A DNA stretch of 64,000 nucleotides from Candidatus Micrarchaeota archaeon (GCA_027046625.1 JALTXX010000003.1:5147-69146); one strand, 5' to 3'. Numbered from the stretch's first letter, positions 28,138 through 39,565 are shown. The notes: a model not told the origin generated them from the sequence alone. Program-made: numbers and translations.

Positions 28138-29832
28138 ATGAGGGTAGCAGTAATAGACTACAAAAAGTGTAGACCAGACAAGTGCGGTTTTCTTTGTGCA
28201 AGTGTGTGTCCTGTAAACAAAACAGGGGAAGAGCCGGTAATATACATGGAAGAGGGAAGTGTAAGAATATCGGAAGAGCTTTGTATAGGGTGTGCCATAT
28301 GCATTAAGAAGTGCCCCTTTGACGCCATCACCATCATAAACCTCCCAGAGGAATACGGTACGCCAGTCCATCAATATGGGCCCAATATGTTTAGACTGTA
28401 CGGACTTCCATATCCAAAGGAAGGTATTGTGGGTATTGTAGGAAGAAACGGCATAGGCAAGACCACAGCCCTAAGAATACTCTCTGGTAATCTCATTCCT
28501 AATCTTGGCAACTTTATGAAACCTCCATCGTACGACGATGTAATAAACTTTTTCAAGGGAACAGAGTTGCAAGGGTATTTTTCCCTGCTAAAGGAGGGAA
28601 AAATACGCCTAATATACAAGATACAGGCTGTTGATGTTATAAGAAAGACTCTTAAAGGGCCTGTAAAAAACCATTTGACAGAAAGAGGGCAAATAATTCT
28701 TTCTGAGATGGGAGGGGAATACATTCTTGAAAAGGAGATATCTACCCTTTCCGGGGGAGAATTGCAGAAAGTGGCCATAGCGGCAGCTCTCTCAAGGGAG
28801 GGGGATGTATACTTCTTTGATGAACCATCCTCTTTTCTTGATATAGGGGAGAGAATACGTATAACCCGCACTATAAGAACCATTTTGGAGGGAAAGCGTG
28901 TAATGGTGGTAGAACATGATCTGGCGGTGCTGGATTACCTTAGTGATTATATTTTTGTGGTATACGGAGAGCCTGGAGTGTATGGTAGGTTTTCCGGCAT
29001 AAAAGGGGTAAATGAGGGTATAAACCAGTTTCTTACAGGATTCTTAAAGGAGGAAAATATTAGAATAAGAGATAAAGAAATAATATTTGAAAAAAGGGCC
29101 CTATCTTCTAAGGAGCCGTCCAAACCTTTCCTTGATTATCCCTCCTTTTCTGCTAAAAAGGGTGATTTTTCCCTTGATGTGGAGGGAGGAACCCTCTATG
29201 AGGGGGAGGTGGTGGGTATTGTAGGAAGAAACGGCATAGGAAAAACCACCTTCGTGGAAGAGCTTTCAAGGCGATTGGATGTGAAGGTAAGCTATAAACC
29301 CCAATATATAGAGCTTCCTTCTAAACCTGTGGCATCTCTACTTGAGATAAATGAGGATACATCTAGAGAGATTCTGAAACCCTTGGAGGTGGATAAGTTG
29401 TTGGAGGCGGATGCCTCTGTTTTATCTGGAGGAGAGATGCAGAGAGTAGCTGTGGCTGCAGCTCTCTCCCGCGAGGCGGATATATATTTGCTGGATGAGC
29501 CTAGTGCCTATCTCGATGTGGAACAAAGGGTGAGATTATCTAAGGTTATAAATAGGATTATTTCTCAGAGAAAGGCTGTTGCCATGGTGGTAGACCATGA
29601 TTTGGCCTTTGTAGATTATATATCTGATAGAATAATTGTATTTTCCGGAGAACCTGGCAAACGAGGGATTGCCTCTCCTCCTATGGATAAGAGAAGGGGT
29701 ATGAACGCTTTATTGAAGGAGCTTGATATAACCTTTAGGAGGGACCCCCAGACGGGAAGACCAAGGATAAACAAACCTGGATCCCAAAAGGATAGGGAAC
29801 AGAAGAAAAGAGGGGAATACTACTATGAGTAA
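28138..29832 (+). CDS. abce1: ABCE1 (RNase L inhibitor / Rli1) ribosome recycling ATPase
   Basis: N-terminal double 4Fe-4S ferredoxin domain (CRPDKCGFLCASVCP; CIGCAICIKKCPF) plus two ABC cassettes (GRNGIGKTT twice; LSGGELQ and LSGGEMQ). Confidence 0.9.
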   Translation: MRVAVIDYKKCRPDKCGFLCASVCPVNKTGEEPVIYMEEGSVRISEELCIGCAICIKKCPFDAITIINLPEEYGTPVHQYGPNMFRLYGLPYPKEGIVGIVGRNGIGKTTALRILSGNLIPNLGNFMKPPSYDDVINFFKGTELQGYFSLLKEGKIRLIYKIQAVDVIRKTLKGPVKNHLTERGQIILSEMGGEYILEKEISTLSGGELQKVAIAAALSREGDVYFFDEPSSFLDIGERIRITRTIRTILEGKRVMVVEHDLAVLDYLSDYIFVVYGEPGVYGRFSGIKGVNEGINQFLTGFLKEENIRIRDKEIIFEKRALSSKEPSKPFLDYPSFSAKKGDFSLDVEGGTLYEGEVVGIVGRNGIGKTTFVEELSRRLDVKVSYKPQYIELPSKPVASLLEINEDTSREILKPLEVDKLLEADASVLSGGEMQRVAVAAALSREADIYLLDEPSAYLDVEQRVRLSKVINRIISQRKAVAMVVDHDLAFVDYISDRIIVFSGEPGKRGIASPPMDKRRGMNALLKELDITFRRDPQTGRPRINKPGSQKDREQKKRGEYYYE

Positions 29833-30758
29833 TACACTAAAGTGGGTATAATAAGAAATCCAAACAATGCAGAGGGAGGATCCTCCTTTGATATAAGAAT
29901 GGCAGCTACGGACAGTATAAGCAACAAAAGGTTAGGAATGCCGCTCCAAACCGCGTGAGCTATTAGTACTCCGATGGTAACCTCTTTTGGGAGAGAAGGG
30001 ATCTCCGCGATGTTAAAGAGGGATAGCACAAGTATAAGAGCTACAATATACGACAATCCTACAAGGATAATTATCTCTGGATAGGGATAACTTATAAAGG
30101 CAGACATAGCACTTCGTGTCTTACCATATAGCAGTGCTACTAGTGAGAATATGGGAGCAACGGCAGCTCCTACCCCTATACTGCCTCCTCTAAGTAGGGA
30201 AGCCCATAACGAAGGAGGAAGAGCGGGCACGTAACCGGTTAGAAATCCTGAGAGCACACCTCTTACTGTGTCCTCTTTTCTTTCCAGAGGAAAGGGTTGA
30301 AGAATAGCCTTGGATGCAAAAAGATAGAAGAGCCCGCTTGCGAGGGGTGCATACACATCTACGGACATCCTTAGAGCTATAACACCTAGTATTCCAGACA
30401 ATAAGAAGGAAGGATACTTCATAAGGGGAAGGGACATAAGGAAGAGAATAAGAAAAACCAGAGAAAATGGAATTTCAACACTGTATAGAACTAATGCAAG
30501 AGGGATAAGAAGGATAGCTAGGATAACACCCTTCAGAACCTCTACAAGAGCAACTCCTTTACCTCCTGCGGTGTCCGGGTGGTATATGTGATGTTTGGAG
30601 AGGTATATGGCGGCTCCTGTAAAGCTCCCGTATAGCACCCCTAAAAGGAAAGGTTCCTTCCACCCCAGTAGCATAGGATGTAAGCCAGGTATGAGAGCCA
30701 GTAGAATTCCCTCTATTATACTGTTAAGCGTCTGAAAGGATAACAAGCTCTTTTTCAC
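29823..30758 (-). CDS. polytopic membrane protein (unknown; co-oriented with the prepilin peptidase)
   Basis: 311 aa with about 8 TM segments; no motif. Confidence 0.4.
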   Translation of the reverse strand: MKKSLLSFQTLNSIIEGILLALIPGLHPMLLGWKEPFLLGVLYGSFTGAAIYLSKHHIYHPDTAGGKGVALVEVLKGVILAILLIPLALVLYSVEIPFSLVFLILFLMSLPLMKYPSFLLSGILGVIALRMSVDVYAPLASGLFYLFASKAILQPFPLERKEDTVRGVLSGFLTGYVPALPPSLWASLLRGGSIGVGAAVAPIFSLVALLYGKTRSAMSAFISYPYPEIIILVGLSYIVALILVLSLFNIAEIPSLPKEVTIGVLIAHAVWSGIPNLLLLILSVAAILISKEDPPSALFGFLIIPTLVYYS

Positions 30759-31014
30759 CTCTGTACATCTCTAATCTACCATACACGCATCTATATCCTG
30801 ATATGCATTGTCCATAGAAGGATACACCCTTTATTTCGCCACTTTCATCCAAAATCCTATATAAACACCCTTTTTCCAAAGCTTTTACAGGCAAAAAGGT
30901 GGCGCAAACCTTGTATAATCTTCCAAAATCTTTCAAATCCTCTATACTGCTTTCTACAGGTTCTATTAGTGAGAGAAGAAGTAAGGCAATGAGGAACACA
31001 CCCCACCTCCACAC
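30724..31014 (-). CDS. small secreted Cys-containing protein (hypothetical)
   Basis: Signal-peptide-like N-terminus MWRWGVFLIALLLLSLIEPVES; 96 aa. Confidence 0.3.
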   Translation of the reverse strand: MWRWGVFLIALLLLSLIEPVESSIEDLKDFGRLYKVCATFLPVKALEKGCLYRILDESGEIKGVSFYGQCISGYRCVYGRLEMYRGEKELVILSDA

Positions 31015-31841
31015 ACAATAAAAAGGGCCAAACTACATATAACACCCAGTGTGATGAAGGGTATGAAAGGGATGGAAAGATGAGCCCTTATACTATTTAT
31101 TCCCATCTCCTTCAACCTCTTCACATCTTCCTCTGTCAGCCCATCCGCTCCTATGTTATGGACAGGAAGGATTTCACCTTTCTGAATCTTTAATAGTGTA
31201 TTAATGTTTAGATCATACCTTTTACCCTCCTTATCTATTACTTCTGCTGGTATAACCCCCTCTTTAACTGTTTCCTCGTACCTAAGAAGCTTTTTTATCC
31301 TAAGGAGATAAATAACTGCAGAAAGCAGAACTATGGCAAGAAAGAAGTTCAGATTAAAGCTAACTACTCCAAGGGGAAGAAACAGCAAGTAATACCTCTC
31401 TGGCAGAAACACCCATGCCAGTATTCCAAGAAAAGGATGTATGGAGAAGGGAATGGCGAGAAGCACAGATTTCTTCATGTGACTTAACAGCTCATGACTT
31501 TTCTTTCTCAACACAACAAACATACCGTACAGCCCAGACAGTAATATGGCAAAAGTAAGAGAAAGAAGGGATATCGGCACTCCAAACAATGTATAGGGTA
31601 TTCCAGCTCCGATAATAAGAAGTATCCATACATCTCCCAGCGCAAATGCGCCCATAGCATAGAGTAGTACCGCTATAGCGGCTGTAACAATCAGACTATA
31701 TAGGAATGTTTCGTGGGAAACACCAAGAAGCACAGCCACCCCATAGGAAATGTATACCAGCTCATCCGGAATTTCCCGTTTCTTTATATCCTCCAAAGAG
31801 AAATAAAAGAGAAGAGGTAACAATATCAAAACTTCCCACAT
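30966..31841 (-). CDS. class III signal peptidase / prepilin peptidase (A24 family; PibD/TadV/EppA-like)
   Basis: N-terminal TM then acidic loop (SLEDIKKREIPDEL), second catalytic Asp in FALGDVW, multi-TM core, plus a C-terminal soluble extension. Confidence 0.6.
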   Translation of the reverse strand: MWEVLILLPLLFYFSLEDIKKREIPDELVYISYGVAVLLGVSHETFLYSLIVTAAIAVLLYAMGAFALGDVWILLIIGAGIPYTLFGVPISLLSLTFAILLSGLYGMFVVLRKKSHELLSHMKKSVLLAIPFSIHPFLGILAWVFLPERYYLLFLPLGVVSFNLNFFLAIVLLSAVIYLLRIKKLLRYEETVKEGVIPAEVIDKEGKRYDLNINTLLKIQKGEILPVHNIGADGLTEEDVKRLKEMGINSIRAHLSIPFIPFITLGVICSLALFIVCGGGVCSSLPYFFSH

Positions 31842-31862
31842 ATCACTCCCCGAATAGAAAAA

Positions 31863-32051
31863 CTATCCGCCAAGTTGGTTTAGCTGCTGATTTATCTCTT
31901 TTTGTAGTGTAGATGTAGTTTGTTGAATAGATTGACCTGCTGTGGTGGCACCCTGCTGCCCTGCCTGGAGCAGACTGTTGGCCAATATTAGTACAACTAT
32001 AATTACTCCACCCAGCAGCAACATGTACTCAAATGTACCCTGGCTTCTCAT
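31863..32051 (-). CDS. Flp-type pilin (start moved to internal Met; track ORF ends at 32102 with a GTG start)
   Basis: MRS/QGTFEYMLLLGGVIIVVLIL, nearly identical head to the 36825 pilin; Q-rich C-terminal tail. Confidence 0.5.
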   Translation of the reverse strand: MRSQGTFEYMLLLGGVIIVVLILANSLLQAGQQGATTAGQSIQQTTSTLQKEINQQLNQLGG

Positions 32052-32181
32052 ATCTATCACCGCTCTAATAATGCATTTCCCCTTTATTAAGTTTTCTATC
32101 ACCTTCGCCGCTTACCTAAGTTGGTGACGCGGGCAGCCATTGGAGCGACCGGAGAACCTCCCTCTGGTTCTGACCTCCCAG

Positions 32182-33682
<1,501 letters not shown>

Positions 33683-33934
33683 TGGCCGCAAGGCCGGCGG
33701 GGTTCCGCCGTACCTTGCTTCATCGGTTTCCCTCTGAGTCAAGCCAGGTGGTCATCGGTTCTCCGGCCTTTGCTCTGGCTGCCCGCGTCAGACCCGAGAA
33801 ATATGAGCTCGGATCCCCATGGAATGTGGCCGCAACCGGATGGGGTAGTTCATCGTGGGGTTACCCCCTCTCCCACCCTAACGCCATGCGGCCAGCATAA
33901 TGTAAATAGCGTGAAGATTAAAAGGGTGACGCTG

Positions 33935-33955
33935 CGCAACTCTTAAAAACCCCAT
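33935..33955 (-). promoter_or_regulatory. putative rRNA promoter (TATA-like box TTTTTAAGA, minus strand), shared divergent region
   Basis: AT-rich box about 250 nt upstream of the 16S 5' end, in an otherwise GC-rich leader; position inferred only. Confidence 0.2.
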
Positions 33956-33969
33956 TTCCTTCTTCTTCC

Positions 33970-35967
33970 GTGAAACGTGTATTAAAGGAGTTTAAGGAAC
34001 TTCTGAAGGAGAAGCCAGAGGGATTTCTAGATGCAGAAAAGTTTCTTAAAGTAGCGCTTGGCACCATTACCAGGGCTGTGCATAGAAATATAGGCAGAGG
34101 ATTAGGGGAGGAGGGGAAAATAAAGTTTAATTTGGAAGCTTATGATAAGGAAGGGTATAATCACATATCAGAGGCTAGGATACACGAGAAAATATCAGAT
34201 AGGGTGGCCAGCCATCCAGAGATAAGGAAGATTTTGTCTATTATAAAGAAACCAAGGCTGGTGTTTGCTCCGGAGAGAGAAATTGATATCTACGATATTT
34301 ACAGTGATAGACTTCCGAACATAAAAAGATATGTAGTGTTGGACAATGAAATAATAGAGCTGTTCAAAATGTATGGCACGTACAACCCTCATTTGTTAGA
34401 AAAGGATGAACATGAACTACTATCGTACTTGCTAGCAGAAAATGAAGGAGAGGAAGAGATTATCCGCCATCTTATGTATAGATTACCAAGAGAGGAGCTG
34501 TTGGAGCGATGGGAAGATATAAGGAGGAAATTCTCTGATGAAGAGCTAAGGTCTCTCCTTGTAAGGTTTAGAGGGGACGATATACGTAACCTTCTGGATA
34601 GGAAAGAGGAGGAGCTGAGAGGTGCATTACCTTTCCTAAGGAAAGTAGGTATTTTCAACGAAAAGGTGTTGGAATTGGCCACAAGACTATCTAAACATCC
34701 GGCCTCCCATCTCCTTATACCCCACTTCAACAAGATTATGCTATTCTCTGTAAGGGAACCAGAAGAGATGGAACGATTCTTGAAGGTTGTACGGGATAAC
34801 CCAGATATTTTGACCCATGTAAGGGGTCTGGATGATATAAAAAGAGTAGCTCAGGCGGAAAGGAAGGGCCTTGATCCCAAGAAGATAGAGCTCCTGCTAG
34901 AACATAATATGGATCTATCAGATGCGCACCTTTTAGATATAGAGTGGTTTAGGAATGGGTTGAAGAGAGGAATGAGCGTGGGTACGTTGAAGAATGTATA
35001 TCTCCACCCTGTGAAAAACAAAAAAGCCCTTCTAGAGCTGATTAGAAAGGTAGGTAGAGATATTTTAGAGTATGATGTGAGCGACAGGGATGTAAGCAAG
35101 CTTCTCCAGGCAAAGATAGTAGACCTAGATGCTGCTGTAAGCTTATCAAAGCTGAATATACATCTTCACCCGGAGTTCCAACGATTATATAGGGAAGGTG
35201 TGCCCCCAGAGAGACTGAAACAGCTAGAGGAGATGGGGGTAAATCCAGATATATTAAGGGGGATACCTCCTCACAAGGTGGAGGCCATCCTATCCTATGT
35301 GGGCAATAAAATATCTGCTAAGGATGTGGAGAGCCTTCTCACCTTTAAAACGGATGTTATAAAGAGGGGTGGAAGAAAGGAAAGAACCTCCCTAAAGGAT
35401 CCGGAGAAATATGCACAGAATCTGTTGAAACATTTAAGGGTTACAAAGGATGGATACAGGTTTAGGGGAGGCAGTGTGCCTAAGGTGTTGAGGAAGAAGG
35501 TATATAAGAGTGTAGAAGATCTCTTAAAGGATATAAAGGCTCATCTATACCTAAAATATAGTAAAGAGGATGCAGAGGAGGTTATTTCCATCTTACAGAA
35601 TAAGGTGCCGTCTCTGCTACCAAATAAGGTGGTAAAGGAAGAGCAATATGTAAGGGAAAATTATGGGGATGTGGTTCCTGTCCTAAGAAGTTTATACAGA
35701 TCATTACCTCATATAAAGATAAGTAGAGAAGGGGAATACATAATCTTCAGACACACAAAAAGCTTCCACGATAGCACTGCCCTCTTCAGTCCTAAGTTTC
35801 TAAGGATACTAAGAGAGGTTGGAGGGAGTATTAGTATTCAAAAGCCCTATGAAAAGGGAGAAAACAGGTTAAAAGTACACAGAGACGTTTTATCCTATCT
35901 TCTATCCCATGATAGTATTTCCAACGTAAGGGAGGTAAAGGAGCTAAGGAAGAGGCTCAAACTATAA
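33970..35967 (+). CDS. large alpha-helical basic protein of unknown function
   Basis: 665 aa, GTG start, K/E/L/R-rich helical repeats, no Cys clusters or NTP-binding motifs; divergent from 16S. Confidence 0.45.
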   Translation: MKRVLKEFKELLKEKPEGFLDAEKFLKVALGTITRAVHRNIGRGLGEEGKIKFNLEAYDKEGYNHISEARIHEKISDRVASHPEIRKILSIIKKPRLVFAPEREIDIYDIYSDRLPNIKRYVVLDNEIIELFKMYGTYNPHLLEKDEHELLSYLLAENEGEEEIIRHLMYRLPREELLERWEDIRRKFSDEELRSLLVRFRGDDIRNLLDRKEEELRGALPFLRKVGIFNEKVLELATRLSKHPASHLLIPHFNKIMLFSVREPEEMERFLKVVRDNPDILTHVRGLDDIKRVAQAERKGLDPKKIELLLEHNMDLSDAHLLDIEWFRNGLKRGMSVGTLKNVYLHPVKNKKALLELIRKVGRDILEYDVSDRDVSKLLQAKIVDLDAAVSLSKLNIHLHPEFQRLYREGVPPERLKQLEEMGVNPDILRGIPPHKVEAILSYVGNKISAKDVESLLTFKTDVIKRGGRKERTSLKDPEKYAQNLLKHLRVTKDGYRFRGGSVPKVLRKKVYKSVEDLLKDIKAHLYLKYSKEDAEEVISILQNKVPSLLPNKVVKEEQYVRENYGDVVPVLRSLYRSLPHIKISREGEYIIFRHTKSFHDSTALFSPKFLRILREVGGSISIQKPYEKGENRLKVHRDVLSYLLSHDSISNVREVKELRKRLKL

Positions 35968-35992
35968 AAAGGACCACATCCTTTGAATAGGG

Positions 35993-36793
35993 ATGAGATA
36001 CGTTGTGGATACTTCCCCTTCCAAGTATGAACTACCCGAAGAAGTAATCAGAATATGGAGAGAGGAGGATGTGCCAGATGTTTATAGGGTAAATGGAATG
36101 TATGTAGTGGATCTGCAGTTTGGAGAGCGGCGTATTATGATTGTTCCCACGGAGGAAACGGTTTATATTTTCCATAGGGATGCAAAGGAATTTCTACGAT
36201 GGCTAAGAAATGTTCAAAAGAAGAAGAGGAAGTTCCTTGAGGATGTGAGAGAGTTCCTTTACCATGCCATCCAGACAGAGCTTGACAACGTTAATAACAT
36301 TGTCGTTGAGATACATAAGGAAGTTTCCCGTCTTGAAAGATTTATACTGAAGGATCTCGGAAAGGAGAACGAAGGAGCCGTTATTTCTATGTATAGATTG
36401 ACATCTCTGCTTCTCCAAATAAAGAGAGACCTTACTTACTTTAACCTGTCTCTTTCCAAACTTAGAAAGCTCTTCCCACCAGATGAGATAAACGAGCTCC
36501 GTCTCTCTATAAAGGAAACACTTACTCTTATTAACCTAACACTAAACACGGCTGGTTCGCTTCTTGATGTGCACGACAAAGCTCTATCCATGGAGTTAAA
36601 CCTTTTAATAAAGAGGTTGACAGCAATTTCAATAATTTTAGCTGTTATAACGATAATTACTGGAATATACGGTATGAACTTCAGGGTTATTCCGTTGGCC
36701 GATCATCCGCTAGGCTTCTGGATTATAAACGGCTTTATGGTTATGCTATTCTTCCTCATGCTATGGTGGTTCAAGCGTATAGGATGGATGTAG
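35993..36793 (+). CDS. corA: CorA-family divalent cation transporter (short form)
   Basis: C-terminal TM1 with YGMNF (GMN motif) and a second TM ending KRIGWM; cytoplasmic helical N-domain. Confidence 0.65.
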   Translation: MRYVVDTSPSKYELPEEVIRIWREEDVPDVYRVNGMYVVDLQFGERRIMIVPTEETVYIFHRDAKEFLRWLRNVQKKKRKFLEDVREFLYHAIQTELDNVNNIVVEIHKEVSRLERFILKDLGKENEGAVISMYRLTSLLLQIKRDLTYFNLSLSKLRKLFPPDEINELRLSIKETLTLINLTLNTAGSLLDVHDKALSMELNLLIKRLTAISIILAVITIITGIYGMNFRVIPLADHPLGFWIINGFMVMLFFLMLWWFKRIGWM

Positions 36794-36824
36794 CTTTAAA
36801 GCAGCTACAACACATTATTTTCCC

Positions 36825-36965
36825 ATGAGAGGACAGGGTACCTTCGAGTACATGCTCCTTCTACTTGCGGTAATCGTAGTGGTTGTTATCCTCTTTTCTA
36901 ATATGTTCAGCGGAGCAAGGGAGGTAAAGGGTGGCATTGAGGAAGTTGCCTCCCAGCTTAGGTAA
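36825..36965 (+). CDS. Flp-type major pilin (46 aa; not on ORF track)
   Basis: Own translation: MRGQGTFEYMLLLLAVIVVVVILFSNMFSGAREVKGGIEEVASQLR. Q+1, E+5, Y+6. Confidence 0.6.
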   Translation: MRGQGTFEYMLLLLAVIVVVVILFSNMFSGAREVKGGIEEVASQLR

Positions 36966-36996
36966 GCTTTAAATGGGAAAAGTATAAGAGTATAGT

Positions 36997-39513
36997 GTGA
37001 GGCTTCAAACATCCTTTGAGTATCTCCTCACGGCGGGAGCAGCCCTACTAATTACGCTGGCTGTAGGAACCCCAGTCATCCAATCCCTCTCAAATATCCA
37101 GACCACAACAGCCCTTCCTCCCACTCCTCTCGTTGAAGGAAAAAGATATATCACCCTTGCCTATGTAGATCCACCAAAGGGAACTACAAACACATTGTTT
37201 ACCTTCTACTGTGCTGCAAAGAACGCAAGAACCATCTATTTGTATGTGGACGGAAGCTTTATTCATAGCTGTAGCGATATATCCTACTGTCAAGCAAAGA
37301 AAAGAGGATTCGCTGGCTCCGCCTCTGGAAGGGAACACCTTTTCAAGTGTAGAGTTTATACAAAGAATGGAATAGTAGAGGAGTACACCATCCCCTTCTA
37401 TGTTTACAACAGGGATGTAGAGCCTCCCAGCGTAAGTGTATCGGTTAACCCCAATTCGGGAGATCCATCCACCGTGTTTAACATTCTTTGTACAGCTACC
37501 GATAACATAGGCGTTAAAACCATCAAGATATTTGTTGACGGACTGTTAAAGCAAACATGTAACGATTCTACCACATGCCAGTACTCTGGTGCCTTTTCGG
37601 TGGGAACTCATACTGCACAATGTGAAGCCGCAGATCTATCAGATAACACAAACTCCGCCTCCGCTACCTTTACAGTAACAGAGGCTGGTTCTACCCCTGG
37701 CGGAGGGACCTCCCCAGGCGGCGGTGGAGGAGGCGGAGGAACCACCCCTAGTAATAATAACCCACCGGGAGGAACTCCCCCAGGTGGAGGCACCTCAGGT
37801 TCAAAACCTAAAATAAGTTGTAGCTTGCAGAATGATTTTAGTGGTAAAGTAACTGTAATATGTACTGCTGTAGTTCCGGATAAAAGTAAGTTTATTGCAG
37901 ATTTTGATGTAAAGGAAGCATCCCTTCTCAATGAGGGCTATTATATCCATACGCAGTTTCCTGGAAACAACTTGGAGCTTTGTAGAGGTATACAGGGATT
38001 CCCCTCATATTGCAAGAAGTATCCAGCACCCTATACCTTTACACCATCAGATAACTTTGTAAAGCAGGCCTTTGACACAGAGAAAGGAGTTAGGGTAGAG
38101 GTAGCATACGGAAGTTATTTGGCAACAGTAATGCTAACATATGATAGGGATGAACTTGTGTGTAGAGGATTGACCTGGCAAAATGGCAAAGGATATGTCC
38201 GCCTGACTTTAATAGCGCAGAATTCATCTGCAATAGTGTCTAATGAAAGTGTAACCAAAGAAACTATTATGCTACCCAACACGTTAGGCAATTGTCCCAT
38301 AAGAACCGACGCGCAGCTTCTATATTATGTGGATGTAGACGGAGATTTCTCATCCGATGGCATATATACAGCATGTAAGGGATCCACGGATGATGGTCTG
38401 AAACAGATAGCTGTGAGCACCTTCCCTTTGTATAGCGTTTATGATGGAGAGTACAGGGTTTGTAACACTAAAAGATCCATGACTAGAGGATGGTACAAGG
38501 ATGGATTCTATGAGAGCCTTTCTGCTAAAGGGAAACAAAACGTAGATAAATCTATCCGTATAGTACCCATACCATACTTTATAGATAGTGGTAAGGTAGT
38601 GGAGGGTGCTTGTGGAAGGTTTATACCTAAGAGCATGCTGGTAACCCCTGATGGAAGACCAACCACAGGCAAGGTATTTGTAAGGTGCCAATATGAGTCC
38701 TTAACCGGTGGTAGAGTGGAAAGAACATTCACATTCGATGGAACGTTGATATGTAAAGCCCTAGGAGGTAGCAACTGTACCTCATCGCCGAGAGGACCCA
38801 CTCCTCCATCCGCACCACCTCCGGGCTCAAGCCCTACAACCGGAGGGTCTTTTAGTGTAGCCCTTGACGTATCCCCACAAACAGGCTACATGGGAGACAG
38901 ATTCAGAGTAACATGTACCACCATAAAGGATGCAACCATTACAAAGATAGAAGCTAGGGGCGCATGGGGCTACTACAGAGAAGACCTCACAAGAGGGATG
39001 GTGTGCGACATAAACCCAAACTATCCATTCCTTCAGACATGTATCGTAAACTACTACCCCCCAGACATAGGAACCTACACTTTAACCTGTGTAGCTGACT
39101 ACCAAGGCCAAACAGCCTCCGACACCAAAACCATAATCGTTCAAGAGAGGCCACCCAATGTTTCTCTGTCTGTATATCCAGAAACCGTAGAGTACCCGGG
39201 TAGTATCCGTGCAGAGTGTATAGTTTCTGCCACACCACGTACACATGGGTATAGAGTGGATGACGTAAGGGTGTACTTTTCGATAGATAATGGTGTTGCA
39301 CGCTATGCATATTGTACTAAGGAATCTCCGGACATGAAAAGATGCAGATATTATACTACTACATTTACTACATTACTGAGTGTGGGTAGCCATACGGTTT
39401 CATGCATAGCCATTGGACCTGAAGGTGGTAGAGCAACCGACTATGCCACAGTAGTGGTGGAACCTCCTCCAGAGTATAGACGACCCTCCTATAGGAGAGT
39501 ACCCTCTATATGA
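36997..39513 (+). CDS. giant pilin-headed surface protein / putative pilus tip adhesin
   Basis: N-terminus MRL/QTSFEYLLTAGAALLITLAV has the same pilin head. Then 838 aa with many paired Cys, beta-rich repeats, and a G/P/T/S/N low-complexity linker (PGGGTSPGGGGGGGGTTPSNNNPPGGTPPGGGTSGS). Confidence 0.55.
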   Translation: MRLQTSFEYLLTAGAALLITLAVGTPVIQSLSNIQTTTALPPTPLVEGKRYITLAYVDPPKGTTNTLFTFYCAAKNARTIYLYVDGSFIHSCSDISYCQAKKRGFAGSASGREHLFKCRVYTKNGIVEEYTIPFYVYNRDVEPPSVSVSVNPNSGDPSTVFNILCTATDNIGVKTIKIFVDGLLKQTCNDSTTCQYSGAFSVGTHTAQCEAADLSDNTNSASATFTVTEAGSTPGGGTSPGGGGGGGGTTPSNNNPPGGTPPGGGTSGSKPKISCSLQNDFSGKVTVICTAVVPDKSKFIADFDVKEASLLNEGYYIHTQFPGNNLELCRGIQGFPSYCKKYPAPYTFTPSDNFVKQAFDTEKGVRVEVAYGSYLATVMLTYDRDELVCRGLTWQNGKGYVRLTLIAQNSSAIVSNESVTKETIMLPNTLGNCPIRTDAQLLYYVDVDGDFSSDGIYTACKGSTDDGLKQIAVSTFPLYSVYDGEYRVCNTKRSMTRGWYKDGFYESLSAKGKQNVDKSIRIVPIPYFIDSGKVVEGACGRFIPKSMLVTPDGRPTTGKVFVRCQYESLTGGRVERTFTFDGTLICKALGGSNCTSSPRGPTPPSAPPPGSSPTTGGSFSVALDVSPQTGYMGDRFRVTCTTIKDATITKIEARGAWGYYREDLTRGMVCDINPNYPFLQTCIVNYYPPDIGTYTLTCVADYQGQTASDTKTIIVQERPPNVSLSVYPETVEYPGSIRAECIVSATPRTHGYRVDDVRVYFSIDNGVARYAYCTKESPDMKRCRYYTTTFTTLLSVGSHTVSCIAIGPEGGRATDYATVVVEPPPEYRRPSYRRVPSI

Positions 39514-39565
39514 GGGAGGGCTTGGCGGGGGATACCAGCTTCCTCTTCCCTTCTGGGGTAGATAG

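Noticed and set aside
32030-32165. Apparent 1-nt disagreement between the printed sequence and the ORF track (extra c near 32041, missing c near 32161)
   Set aside because: Both fall at line boundaries and cancel out, so most likely a display or reading artefact. I kept ORF-track coordinates and did not interpret it biologically.
31842-32181. 23S rRNA or 16S-23S spacer tRNA downstream of 16S
   Set aside because: The flank is only about 80 nt of processing stem followed by a coding gene, with no tRNA or 23S 5' sequence.
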